Source of the DNA: Candidatus Pacearchaeota archaeon
GTDB lineage: Archaea; Nanobdellota; Nanobdellia; Pacearchaeales; GW2011-AR1
Direction: 5' to 3'
Assembly (NCBI GenBank): GCA_050124795.1
Contig: JASFEO010000007.1
Location: forward strand, 1 to 52,514
Length of the DNA stretch: 52,514 nucleotides
Below are positions 28,629 through 37,562 of the stretch, in pieces. The position numbers were made by a program, and so were the translations under genes. How positions within the stretch are numbered: position 1 is the stretch's first letter; each line of letters begins with the position of its first letter. The notes beneath the pieces were generated by a model that saw only the letters and a list, made by a program, of their open reading frames with translations, made no database searches and was not told the origin of the DNA.

Positions 28629-29753
28629 ATGAAGATTCTGTTTTATGATTGGAGTTTGCACATTATTGGAGGGGGGCAAAAAGTAAATTGCAAAATAATG
28701 GAACATCTTGCAAAAAAAAATAATGTAGATGTATTAACATTATATCCTTTAAATAAAAAAACTCTTGAGGGCCTTTACAAAGTAAATCTTTCAAAAATAA
28801 ATTTTTCTTATTTAACTGATAATAAAAAAATACACTCTTCTTTGATGAAGCTCTTTTTATCTAAGAGAGTATCAGAACTTTCCAAAAACTATGACTTATT
28901 TTTTAATGCTGATGGCCAAGAAGCAATAAAACCTTTGGCTAAAAAAAATATAATGTATTGTCATTTCTTTGAACGTCTTTGGTATCGCTCACCAAAAAAT
29001 TTTTCAGATCTTGTTAAATTAACTTTTCTATGCCTTTTAAGAAAATTTTATGGAAATTTTTCAAAAAAATACAAAATTTATTGCAACTCTTTTTTAACAA
29101 AAAAATGGTTAAAAAAAGAATGGGATGTTGATGCAAAAATTATTTATCCTTTTGTTGAGTTACCAAAAAAAGTTTTATTTAAAAAAAAGAACTTAATAAT
29201 TACTGTTGGAAGATTAACTTCTGACAAAAATTATGAATTTTTTATTGAACTCTTTAAGAAATTTTATGATTCTTCTAAAAAAAATTATAATGCAATAATT
29301 GTTGGGGCAGTAAATGATGATTCGCTTGATTATTATAATGAATTAAAAAAATTGATTAAAGATTATCCAATTGAAATCAAAAAAAATCTTAACACAGAAC
29401 AACTTTCAGAATTATATTCTAAATCAAAGGTTCTCATTTCTGCAAAAGGTTTAAATATTGATGAAAATAAAGACCCCACTTCTGTTGAAAATTTCGGAAT
29501 GACTGTAGTTGAAGCAATGGCTCATAGTTGCATCCCTTTAGCAGTAAACAAAGGAGGGTATAAAGAGAGTATTGTTAATGGAAAAAATGGATTTTTGTTT
29601 GAAAATAAAGAAGAAGCTTTAAAAAAATTAAACCTGCTTTTAGATAATGAAGAATTGAGAATAAAAATGAGTAAACAGGCAATAGAAGATTCAAAAAAAT
29701 TTTCTCTTGAAAAAATGCAAAAAGAGATTGATAAACTAGTTAAGGAACTTTAA
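28629..29753 (+). CDS. GT4 glycosyltransferase
   Basis: VGRL..DK, ENFGMTVVEAMA. Confidence 0.92.
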   Translation: MKILFYDWSLHIIGGGQKVNCKIMEHLAKKNNVDVLTLYPLNKKTLEGLYKVNLSKINFSYLTDNKKIHSSLMKLFLSKRVSELSKNYDLFFNADGQEAIKPLAKKNIMYCHFFERLWYRSPKNFSDLVKLTFLCLLRKFYGNFSKKYKIYCNSFLTKKWLKKEWDVDAKIIYPFVELPKKVLFKKKNLIITVGRLTSDKNYEFFIELFKKFYDSSKKNYNAIIVGAVNDDSLDYYNELKKLIKDYPIEIKKNLNTEQLSELYSKSKVLISAKGLNIDENKDPTSVENFGMTVVEAMAHSCIPLAVNKGGYKESIVNGKNGFLFENKEEALKKLNLLLDNEELRIKMSKQAIEDSKKFSLEKMQKEIDKLVKEL

Positions 29754-30391
29754 AATTTTTTTCTATTTTTCCAAACTTTTATATTATCCCTCAGTTTTTT
29801 TATAAAACCAAAATTTCTTATAATTTTTCTTCCAATAATGTAAATTGGATTATAAGAATAAACAGGATATTTTTTTATTTTCCCTCCCCACCTTAATTTA
29901 AATTTGTTAATATGATAAAGTTTATCGTCTTTTCTGGTATTAAGTTGATATCCTCCAAGATCAAAAGTTTCAAAATCATTTTCCCCCCCCCATTTTATTA
30001 TCGACCAATATAAAAGATTATTTGGCTGATATTTCAAAAATTTATGAATTGAGGCATTTAAAAAAAGTATAATTTTATTTTTCTTAACTTTTATAACTGC
30101 TCCTGCAATTAATTTGTCCTCGAGAAAACATGCAAAAAGTTTTCCCTCTTTACATTCTTCAATCGGAATCGGAACAATCTTTCCATATTTGCATGTCTCT
30201 TTGTAAATCTCATAAAATTTCCCCCAGGATTTTTCATCCTCTTTAATTTCAATTTTTAATCTGGATTTCTCTGCTTTTTTAACGCCCCATTTCGCATCTT
30301 TATCAATTGAATTCCAAAGTTCTTTTTCACTTTTTCCTTTTAAATCAATTTCAATTGTTGCCTGAACATCGCGAAAGCCTTTCCATTTCAT
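29750..30391 (-). CDS. FemAB-like GNAT protein
   Basis: WGVKKAEK, PNNLLYWSIIKW, FDLGG, FKLRWGG. Confidence 0.85.
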   Translation of the reverse strand: MKWKGFRDVQATIEIDLKGKSEKELWNSIDKDAKWGVKKAEKSRLKIEIKEDEKSWGKFYEIYKETCKYGKIVPIPIEECKEGKLFACFLEDKLIAGAVIKVKKNKIILFLNASIHKFLKYQPNNLLYWSIIKWGGENDFETFDLGGYQLNTRKDDKLYHINKFKLRWGGKIKKYPVYSYNPIYIIGRKIIRNFGFIKKLRDNIKVWKNRKKF

Positions 30392-31113
30392 TTTACCTCC
30401 TTAAGCCTCATTATTTTAATTTTTCCCTCTTTTTCTAACTTTTTCAGAAAATGAATAACCTCTAACAAATTTTTATTATTCTTATGAGTAAAGTCATGAC
30501 TTGACAATAAATAAACCTTATCACTTTCCAGATTATTCAAAATTTCTTTTTTTATTTTCTCAATTTCCCTTTTATTCGAATTTCCTTCAAACCAATTTGA
30601 AACATTTACGCAGGTTATCCCCTCTTTTTTTAACGGTTTCCCTACAGAGTTTTTATGAAAATGTTTAATCGCATTATTTTCCCCCCGATAAACACAATGA
30701 GAATACTTTTCTTTTTTTAATAATTTGAAAATTCTTTTTGGATTTTTTACATCTTCAATCATCCACATTGGAGCATTAAATGACCTTAATTTAAACTTAT
30801 TTTCAATTTGTTTTTTTAATTTTTCATCGTCAAGCAATGTTAATGGAAGATGGTTCAATGAATGATAACCACATTCAATAAATTCTGCGCCTTTTATCGG
30901 CTTAAACAATCTTCCCACAATCATTAAGGTCGTTGGAAATTCTTCTCTAACTAAAGTTTTATAGACAACTTCAAAACCAAATCTATTGTATCTAAAATTT
31001 TTAATTAGATTATTTATTTTTCCCTTTAATTTTTCAAACCCATTCCATCTGGGGTTTTTCTGTTTAAATGAAATAAATCTCTCGCAATCAACAACAAGAA
31101 CAACTCGCAGCAT
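30388..31113 (-). CDS. polysaccharide deacetylase-like (NodB fold) protein
   Basis: VDCE, GYHSLNH, SFNAP, SHDF; start moved to 31113. Confidence 0.7.
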   Translation of the reverse strand: MLRVVLVVDCERFISFKQKNPRWNGFEKLKGKINNLIKNFRYNRFGFEVVYKTLVREEFPTTLMIVGRLFKPIKGAEFIECGYHSLNHLPLTLLDDEKLKKQIENKFKLRSFNAPMWMIEDVKNPKRIFKLLKKEKYSHCVYRGENNAIKHFHKNSVGKPLKKEGITCVNVSNWFEGNSNKREIEKIKKEILNNLESDKVYLLSSHDFTHKNNKNLLEVIHFLKKLEKEGKIKIMRLKEVK

Positions 31114-31134
31114 ATTTTCTTTTATAGAAATAAA

Positions 31135-31142
31135 TTTATATA
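31135..31142. promoter_or_regulatory. bidirectional TATA box TTTATATA
   Basis: Centre is 25.5 nt from both ATGs (31113 and 31164). Confidence 0.6.
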
Positions 31143-31163
31143 GTTTTTCCTCACTATTTAATA

Positions 31164-31868
31164 ATGGATAATAAAAAAATATGGTCAGGTTATGTTCATG
31201 AATGGAATGATTCTTTTCTAAATGATTTTGACTCAAAAAAAGATTTCTCAGGCAACAGCAACATAAGATTTTTATTAAAAGTTGCAATGAAAAAAGACAA
31301 GATTCTTGATCAGGGTTGCGGAATTGGCCAATACCCTCTAACTGCATACAAGCTGGGATTCAAAAATGTAACTGGTCTTGATTTTTCAAAGGAATTAATT
31401 CGCGCTGCAAGAAAAAATGCAGAAAAATTAAATTATAAAATAAATTTTATAGAGGGAGATATAAGAAAAATGCCATTTGAGAAATCTGAATTTGATATAG
31501 TCATCTCTGCAGGAATTGTTGAGCATGTCCCTGAAACAAAATTGGCAATTGCTGAAATTTCAAGAGTTTTAAAAAATAAAGGATATTTAATAATTCATGT
31601 TCCCCAAAAAATCTCTGTCTTTACAATCACTAAAAAAATCCAGCAATTTTTTGGTCTGTGGAAATGCGGATATGAAAAATCTTTTACAAAAAAATATTTC
31701 TCCAATCTTCTTAAAAAAAATAATTTTGAAATAATTGAGTTTTCTCTTCCCCCCTTTAGAGCAGGAAAACATAAAATTCTCGGGGGGGTTTTAGAAGTTC
31801 TAGACAAACCCCTTCATGCTCTTGGTTTTGGGGGCCATCACATGAGTTTTCTGTGTATGAAGAAGTAA
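31164..31868 (+). CDS. class I SAM-dependent methyltransferase
   Basis: ILDQGCGIG, GLDFS, GD...MPF, VEHV. Confidence 0.92.
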   Translation: MDNKKIWSGYVHEWNDSFLNDFDSKKDFSGNSNIRFLLKVAMKKDKILDQGCGIGQYPLTAYKLGFKNVTGLDFSKELIRAARKNAEKLNYKINFIEGDIRKMPFEKSEFDIVISAGIVEHVPETKLAIAEISRVLKNKGYLIIHVPQKISVFTITKKIQQFFGLWKCGYEKSFTKKYFSNLLKKNNFEIIEFSLPPFRAGKHKILGGVLEVLDKPLHALGFGGHHMSFLCMKK

Positions 31869-32336
31869 TTTAAATTCTTAGACAGAAATGCTTTTTCAGG
31901 TTTACTGAAGACACTTTAGACTTTTTTTAGAATTAATCTTGATATTTTGTGAAACATAGTTCAATTTTGTAAAGATATATAAAACCTTTTTTCCAAATAA
32001 ATCTTATGGATAAAAAAGGGGCAAATATAATTTTAATCTTCATCCTATTTATTTTTATCTTCTCCATTGTTTCTGCCACTGATGCGCCGTTATTAATTTA
32101 TCGGCAAAAAGCACTTGTTGCTCAGGATAAAATTGAATTATCACATGATTTTTCAGTTTCTCTCTTCGGTGGCTCTGCTTCTTATTCTTATCCTCTTGAA
32201 ATTCCCGAGGGGGTTAATGGATTAAAACCAAATGTTCAAATTTTTTATAATCATCAAAAATTAAAAGACCCTCAGACATTTTTAGGTTCAGGCTGGGTGT
32301 TAGCACATTGTGAAACGTTTGGGATTTTTAACTTAA

Positions 32337-33233
32337 TTAAAACCTCAACTCTTCTTTCTTTAAAATATCTAATAAAAATTTAACAAATCCTCTTAAATTT
32401 CCTCTGTATTGGGCATCTTGTAGAACTTCATAATATCTAAATTTATTCTTCTTAGGAATGTTTACCATAGGGGATTTATTTTTATACAAAATAAAATTCA
32501 TTAAGAGTCTTCCGACTCTGCCATTACCGTCGACAAAAGGATGAACTCTTTCAAATTCAGTATGAAAATGCGAAGCTAAAACTAAAGGATGGATTTTCTT
32601 TTTGTTTGTAGAATACCATCTTAATAAGGTAGCCATTTGTTTTGGAACTTCATGAGGTTTTGGAGGAATGCTCCTTCCGACAAAAACCTGAACAGTTCTA
32701 TATCTTCCAGTTTGAGAAACCAAGTCTTCTCTTAAAGTATTCGCGACAATAAACATATGCAGTCTAAGAATAAATTCTTTGGTTATATCTCCTTTGTAAT
32801 TAAGCATAAAATCAAATGCTTTTTTATGATTTAAAACTTCATGAATTTCTCTTAATGATTTTTGTTTTGGAACAATTCCTTCAAAAAGAAGGTGGGATGT
32901 TTCATCAAATGTAAGTGTATTGCCCTCTATACCTGTAGAGTCATGAGTAAATAAAGAAGCAAAAGCCTCGTAACGATTTTGAAAGTTCTCTTTTGGTTCT
33001 TTTGCAAAATTTACTTTAAGTTCTCCTAAGAATTTTTCTTCATTTGGAGTGAGGGCAACATCAAAAATACTTAGTTTTTTATCTGCTTCTTTTTCTTTAT
33101 TTGCAAGTTCTTTTTTATTCAAATTGATTCCCAGATAAATTCTTTCTTTTGTGACCTTTCCATTTACCTTTACAGATTTTACTCTGTAATAATATTTTCT
33201 TTTATTCTTTTCTTTAATCTCTGTATACACCAT
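32337..33233 (-). CDS. Fic-domain protein, class II type, with basic N-terminal extension
   Basis: HPFVDGNGRVGR catalytic motif; STGIEGN inhibitory motif. Confidence 0.95.
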   Translation of the reverse strand: MVYTEIKEKNKRKYYYRVKSVKVNGKVTKERIYLGINLNKKELANKEKEADKKLSIFDVALTPNEEKFLGELKVNFAKEPKENFQNRYEAFASLFTHDSTGIEGNTLTFDETSHLLFEGIVPKQKSLREIHEVLNHKKAFDFMLNYKGDITKEFILRLHMFIVANTLREDLVSQTGRYRTVQVFVGRSIPPKPHEVPKQMATLLRWYSTNKKKIHPLVLASHFHTEFERVHPFVDGNGRVGRLLMNFILYKNKSPMVNIPKKNKFRYYEVLQDAQYRGNLRGFVKFLLDILKKEELRF

Positions 33234-33241
33234 GAGTTTTA

Positions 33242-33283
33242 TACGTCTACCTTATTTATAAATATTTCTTTTTGGTGGACGTA
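33242..33283 (-). promoter_or_regulatory. Fic promoter: TATA box flanked by an inverted repeat (candidate operator)
   Basis: TACGTCTACC...TTTATAAATA...GGTGGACGTA (9/10 inverted match). Confidence 0.6.
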
Positions 33284-33342
33284 ACGTAGTCACCATATTT
33301 TTTAGAAAGAATTAAGAATGATAATCTCTTAAAATTAGTAGG

Positions 33343-33447
33343 ATGGAATTTGAAAAACCTTCAATGCAAACAGTTTTTGTTCTTGGCGGAATTTTTGCAC
33401 TATGGTTTGTCAAAGCAAAAGCCTTAGACCCCTCAAATGTTTCATGA
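33343..33447 (+). CDS. 34-aa hydrophobic peptide inside the insertion
   Basis: MEFEKPSMQTVFVLGGIFALWFVKAKALDPSNVS*; below the ORF-track cutoff. Confidence 0.35.
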   Translation: MEFEKPSMQTVFVLGGIFALWFVKAKALDPSNVS

Positions 33448-34045
33448 TATCGCTCGAGTCGGTCGGGGCGTTTGCACAAACATATATTGGCCGTAATGTT
33501 GAAGATAGTTTTAGTTATACTGGTGATGATAAATATTTTTTATACTTTAATGGAAATTATTATGATTTAGTTTATATTGGAAGCGGGGAATATGCCACTA
33601 AACGAGATACATTTATGAAGATAACAAAAGAAACTAGCGGGAACAATACTTATGATAATTATTGGCTTGTAAAAACCAAAGATGGCACAAATTATAGATT
33701 GGGTTACAATAACAATTCTGAATTGGTCTCAAATTTGCAGGATTATGCTGTGAGATTGAGTGTTGATTTAATTCAGGATACCTATGGCAATTCTATTTTT
33801 TATGATTCTTATGAAGATGAAAGTCTTTTAGGTTCAAATATTGATTCAACTTCTGTAAAATGGAATGGTTTTTACTCTTATGCCCATTATCAAATAACTG
33901 CTCAAAGAATTGACAATATAACTGTCAAAGATTACATCTGGCCTGAACCAACTTATTCAATAGATTCAGAACAATCACAATAAATTTTGTACAGAATACT
34001 TAGAATCCCTAAATCTTTATAAGGAGTAAACTATTCCCGAGTTTT

Positions 34046-35521
34046 ATGGCAATTAAACCAAAAAAGATCCTATTTGTTTATCTCGGAATAGAAAATGAAT
34101 CATTGGGTATAGAATACCTTTCCGCAGTGCTTAAGAAGCATGGTCATAAAACAGATCTTATTTTAGAATATCCAGAAGAAAAAAATTTTAAAGATAGATT
34201 ATATAAAAGAATAAATGAATTTAATCCTGATTTTATTGGTTTTTCAGTTGTTACAGATGACTATTCCTGGGCGTCTAAAACTGCAAAAATAATCAAAGAG
34301 GAATATTCTATCCCGATTATTTTTGGAGGGATTCATGTGACTTCTTGTCCTGAAGAAGTGATAAGCAATAATTTTGTTGATTATATTGTAAGAGGAGAAG
34401 GAGATGCTGCCCTTCTTGAAATAATTAATAATCCAAAGAATACTAAAATTAAAAATATGTGGACAAAAAAGGGGGGAAAGATAATAAAAAATCCAATTAG
34501 ACCCCTTGTTACTGATTTAGATAGTTTGCCTTTTCCAGATAGAATGCTTTTCCATAAAGAAGCACCTTATCTTAGCGATGTATACCATTGCATGACCAGT
34601 CGAGGTTGCCCTTTCCATTGCACTTATTGTTTTAATAATTTTATGAAAAAATTATACAAAGATAAAGGGTCTTGGTTAAGAAGAAGAAGTGTTGAAAATG
34701 TTATTGAGGAACTTAAGATAATGAATAAAAACTTAAATTATAAACAGATTCTTTTTGTTGATGATTCTTTTACAAGCAATGCTAAATGGTTGAAAGAATT
34801 TCTTAAAAGATATAAAAAAGAGATAAACGTTCCATTTAAGATTATTGCCCATCCTCTTTTAATTAACGAGGAGATAGTTTCATTATTAAAAAAAGGAGGG
34901 TGCATTAGAATTCAATTAGGAGTTCAAACTCCTATAGAAAAAATAAGAAAGGAAATTTGCAAAAGACACGATTCTAATAAAGCAATTGAAAAAGCAATAA
35001 AGATTATCCACAAGTATAAAATAATGGTGCAGATCGACCATATCTTTGGTTTGCCTTCTGAAAAAGTTAAAGACTATGAAAAAGGGATAGAATTTTATAT
35101 TAGACTTAAACCTAGTTTTATCTCATCTTTTTTCCTGCAATATTATCCAAATACCGAGATAATCAATGTTGGAAAAGAATATGGATTAGTAACTGACGAG
35201 GAAATTTCTGAGACCATTAAAGGTAATGTAAGTTATATGGATATGGTCCATAGAAGAATATCGAACAAAGATATTCTTGCAATTTCTAAATTTTTCTGTT
35301 GGATTCCAATTCTGCCGAGAAACCTTAGCAGATTTATATTAAGAAAAAAATTATATCTTAAAATATTTAAAAATAATAAATTAGATAAAATAAATAAAAT
35401 CCCTTATATGTTGCAGCATCTTTTTTCAATTGAACTAATAAAAACAGCTATTTTATCAAGAAAAAGAAAAAAAGATATGAAGGATTACAGGAAAATTGTT
35501 TTCAATAAGAATAATTCTTAA
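34046..35521 (+). CDS. B12-binding radical SAM protein
   Basis: FGGIHVTSCP, GEG, SRGCPFHCTYC, DDSF. Confidence 0.92.
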   Translation: MAIKPKKILFVYLGIENESLGIEYLSAVLKKHGHKTDLILEYPEEKNFKDRLYKRINEFNPDFIGFSVVTDDYSWASKTAKIIKEEYSIPIIFGGIHVTSCPEEVISNNFVDYIVRGEGDAALLEIINNPKNTKIKNMWTKKGGKIIKNPIRPLVTDLDSLPFPDRMLFHKEAPYLSDVYHCMTSRGCPFHCTYCFNNFMKKLYKDKGSWLRRRSVENVIEELKIMNKNLNYKQILFVDDSFTSNAKWLKEFLKRYKKEINVPFKIIAHPLLINEEIVSLLKKGGCIRIQLGVQTPIEKIRKEICKRHDSNKAIEKAIKIIHKYKIMVQIDHIFGLPSEKVKDYEKGIEFYIRLKPSFISSFFLQYYPNTEIINVGKEYGLVTDEEISETIKGNVSYMDMVHRRISNKDILAISKFFCWIPILPRNLSRFILRKKLYLKIFKNNKLDKINKIPYMLQHLFSIELIKTAILSRKRKKDMKDYRKIVFNKNNS

Positions 35522-35533
35522 GCCCGAAATTTC

Positions 35534-36361
35534 TTATACACTCTGTCGCCCTTCAAAAAACCCTTTCCAAAATCCTCGACAATAAATTATATTCACAACC
35601 AATGAAATAGGAATCCACAATAAACTTTTTACTCCTAACTTTTTATAAGGGAACTTAATTAAAAAAATTGGCCACCCTAAGATTGGAATTGATTTTATTA
35701 TCCCAACAAACCAGTTTGGCATCTCTCGACCATAAATTCTCACTAAAGCTCCAAAGCCATTACTTATCTGCAATTCTTTTTTGAACCTGTTTTTGAAAAT
35801 ATAATCTTTTTTATTTTTCCCTGAACTATATTCATGATAATGCAAAATCTTTACATCAGGATATGCAATTTCTCCAATTTTTTTTAGCTTAATCCACGCA
35901 TCAAAATCTTCCCCTGCAGTCTTGAATTTCTCTTCTTCAAAAAAACCAATCTTCTCCATTGCGCTTTTTCTGTAAGCGCATCCTTTCTCATCCATTAACG
36001 GGGTTATAACTCTTTGTTCTTTTGCAGACATTATTTTTGCAAGTAAGTCAAACTTTTCCCAAAATTCCTTTGGCAATTCAACCTTGCTCACTGTTGCAAC
36101 AACTTTACTCTCTTTAAATGGTTCAATTAAATTCTTAAGCCAATCATCTGATGCAGGAACACAATCCTGGTGCAAACTCACAACAATCTCAGTCTTTGCT
36201 TTTCTTATTCCATAATTAAGCTGTGCTGATAAACCTCCTTTTCCCTCAACCTTAATCACATTTATTCTCCCGCCGTATTCCTGCCTTTTTATTGCTCCAC
36301 CAATTTCTTTTAAAATTTTTTTGTCAGGATTATAAAGCGGAATTACAATTGTTACATCCAT
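35534..36361 (-). CDS. GT2 glycosyltransferase
   Basis: VIPLYN, HQDC, GEDFD. Confidence 0.85.
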   Translation of the reverse strand: MDVTIVIPLYNPDKKILKEIGGAIKRQEYGGRINVIKVEGKGGLSAQLNYGIRKAKTEIVVSLHQDCVPASDDWLKNLIEPFKESKVVATVSKVELPKEFWEKFDLLAKIMSAKEQRVITPLMDEKGCAYRKSAMEKIGFFEEEKFKTAGEDFDAWIKLKKIGEIAYPDVKILHYHEYSSGKNKKDYIFKNRFKKELQISNGFGALVRIYGREMPNWFVGIIKSIPILGWPIFLIKFPYKKLGVKSLLWIPISLVVNIIYCRGFWKGFFEGRQSV

Positions 36362-36380
36362 GTAGTTATAATCAAAAGAT

Positions 36381-36390
36381 TATTTAAATA
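36381..36390. promoter_or_regulatory. bidirectional palindromic TATA box TATTTAAATA
   Basis: Centre is 24.5 nt from both ATGs (36361 and 36410). Confidence 0.65.
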
Positions 36391-36409
36391 TCTTCTTTAT
36401 AATTAATCT

Positions 36410-37531
36410 ATGAAAATACTTGAACTCACAAATTTTTCTGCAGGCGGCTGCGGAGTCTGGCAAAGAGTAAAGCAAGAGTCTTTGTTGCTTTCTAAAAATC
36501 ATGATGTAAAAATTTTTTCATCAAACTTTACAAAAGGTTCTGAAAAAACTGCTTCTTCAAAAGATAAAATCGGGGACATTGAAATAAAAAGATTTCCTGC
36601 AAAAAAATTAGGAGGAGAAAGTTTCAGTAAATGGAATTTTGAAAAACAAGCAATTAAATTTTCTCCCAACATAATAATTGCTCATTCCTATAGGCATCTT
36701 CATACAACAAAAGCATTAAAGTTCGTAAAAAAAATTAATGCAAAAGTCTTTCTTGTTACTCATGCTCCTTTTGCAAGAAATAAAAATCGCTCTTTCATCC
36801 AAAAATTAATTGTAAAATCTTATGATTTTTTTATTGGAAAAAACACCATTAATAAATTTGATAAAATAATCGCAATAACAAAATGGGAAATTCCTTATTT
36901 GCTTTCTCTTGGATGCAAAAAAGAAAAAATAGTTTATATCCCGAACGGAATCCCAAAAGAATTTTTTATTGAAAAAAAACAAGAAACTGAAAAAAAACAA
37001 ATACTTTTCATGGGAAGAATTTCAAAAATCAAAAATTTAGAAACACTGATTTCTTCTTTAAATTTAATTAAAGACAAAAAAATAAACTTAAAAATAATTG
37101 GTCCTGCTGAAAAAAATTATCTTCGTGAACTAAAACTTTTAATTAAAAAATTTAATCTTGGAAAAAAAATTGATATCTTAGATAAGCCTTATGATAAAGA
37201 AGAACAAATCAATGAATTAGATTCTTCACTAATCTATGTTCTGCCGAGTATAAGTGAAGCAATGCCTCAGACTTTAATCGAAGCAATGGCAAGAAAAAAA
37301 ATTGTGATTTCAAGTGATAATCCCGGAACAAAAGAAATAATAACAAATGGAAAAAATGGATATTTGTTTAAAATAGGTGATGAAAAAGATTTGACAAAAA
37401 AAATTGATTTAGCCTTTTCAAAAAACCAGAATTTAATCAAAAGAGATGCAGAAAAATCAGTTGAAAAATTTAAATGGGAAAAAATAATTAGGAAGTTGGA
37501 GAAATTAATTAAAGATAGTCTTGCTCAATAA
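36410..37531 (+). CDS. GT4 glycosyltransferase
   Basis: IPNG, GRISKIK, EAMPQTLIEAMA. Confidence 0.92.
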   Translation: MKILELTNFSAGGCGVWQRVKQESLLLSKNHDVKIFSSNFTKGSEKTASSKDKIGDIEIKRFPAKKLGGESFSKWNFEKQAIKFSPNIIIAHSYRHLHTTKALKFVKKINAKVFLVTHAPFARNKNRSFIQKLIVKSYDFFIGKNTINKFDKIIAITKWEIPYLLSLGCKKEKIVYIPNGIPKEFFIEKKQETEKKQILFMGRISKIKNLETLISSLNLIKDKKINLKIIGPAEKNYLRELKLLIKKFNLGKKIDILDKPYDKEEQINELDSSLIYVLPSISEAMPQTLIEAMARKKIVISSDNPGTKEIITNGKNGYLFKIGDEKDLTKKIDLAFSKNQNLIKRDAEKSVEKFKWEKIIRKLEKLIKDSLAQ

Positions 37532-37562
37532 TACTTTTAAAGCTATTTTTGCAGAAAGTTTT

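Larger units (their letters stand above)
32308..33478. mobile_element. 1171-bp non-autonomous insertion carrying a Fic gene
   Basis: GCACA direct repeat at 32303-32307 and 33474-33478; imperfect inverted repeat 32307-32323 / 33432-33448; removal restores the host frame. Confidence 0.75.
32006..33983 (+). pseudogene. secreted SpvB/Rhs-N-terminal-like gene split by an insertion (32006-32307 + 33479-33983; 268 aa if rejoined)
   Basis: GSASYSYPLEIP.G.NGLKP...YN...GSGW continues in frame as AQTYIGR...WLVKTKDGT.Y..G...DLIQDTYGNSI.Y. Confidence 0.8.

Noticed and set aside
31114-31347. Long N-terminal extensions given by the ORF track (also kdsA, GT9, 41819, 25513)
   Set aside because: They overlap neighbouring genes or promoters; internal ATGs fit domain starts and TATA or coupling positions
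32295-33485. Fic insert as a bulge-helix-bulge intron, group II intron or integron attC cassette
   Set aside because: No clean 4-bp helix with two 3-nt bulges, no domain V, and no complementary L boxes could be drawn
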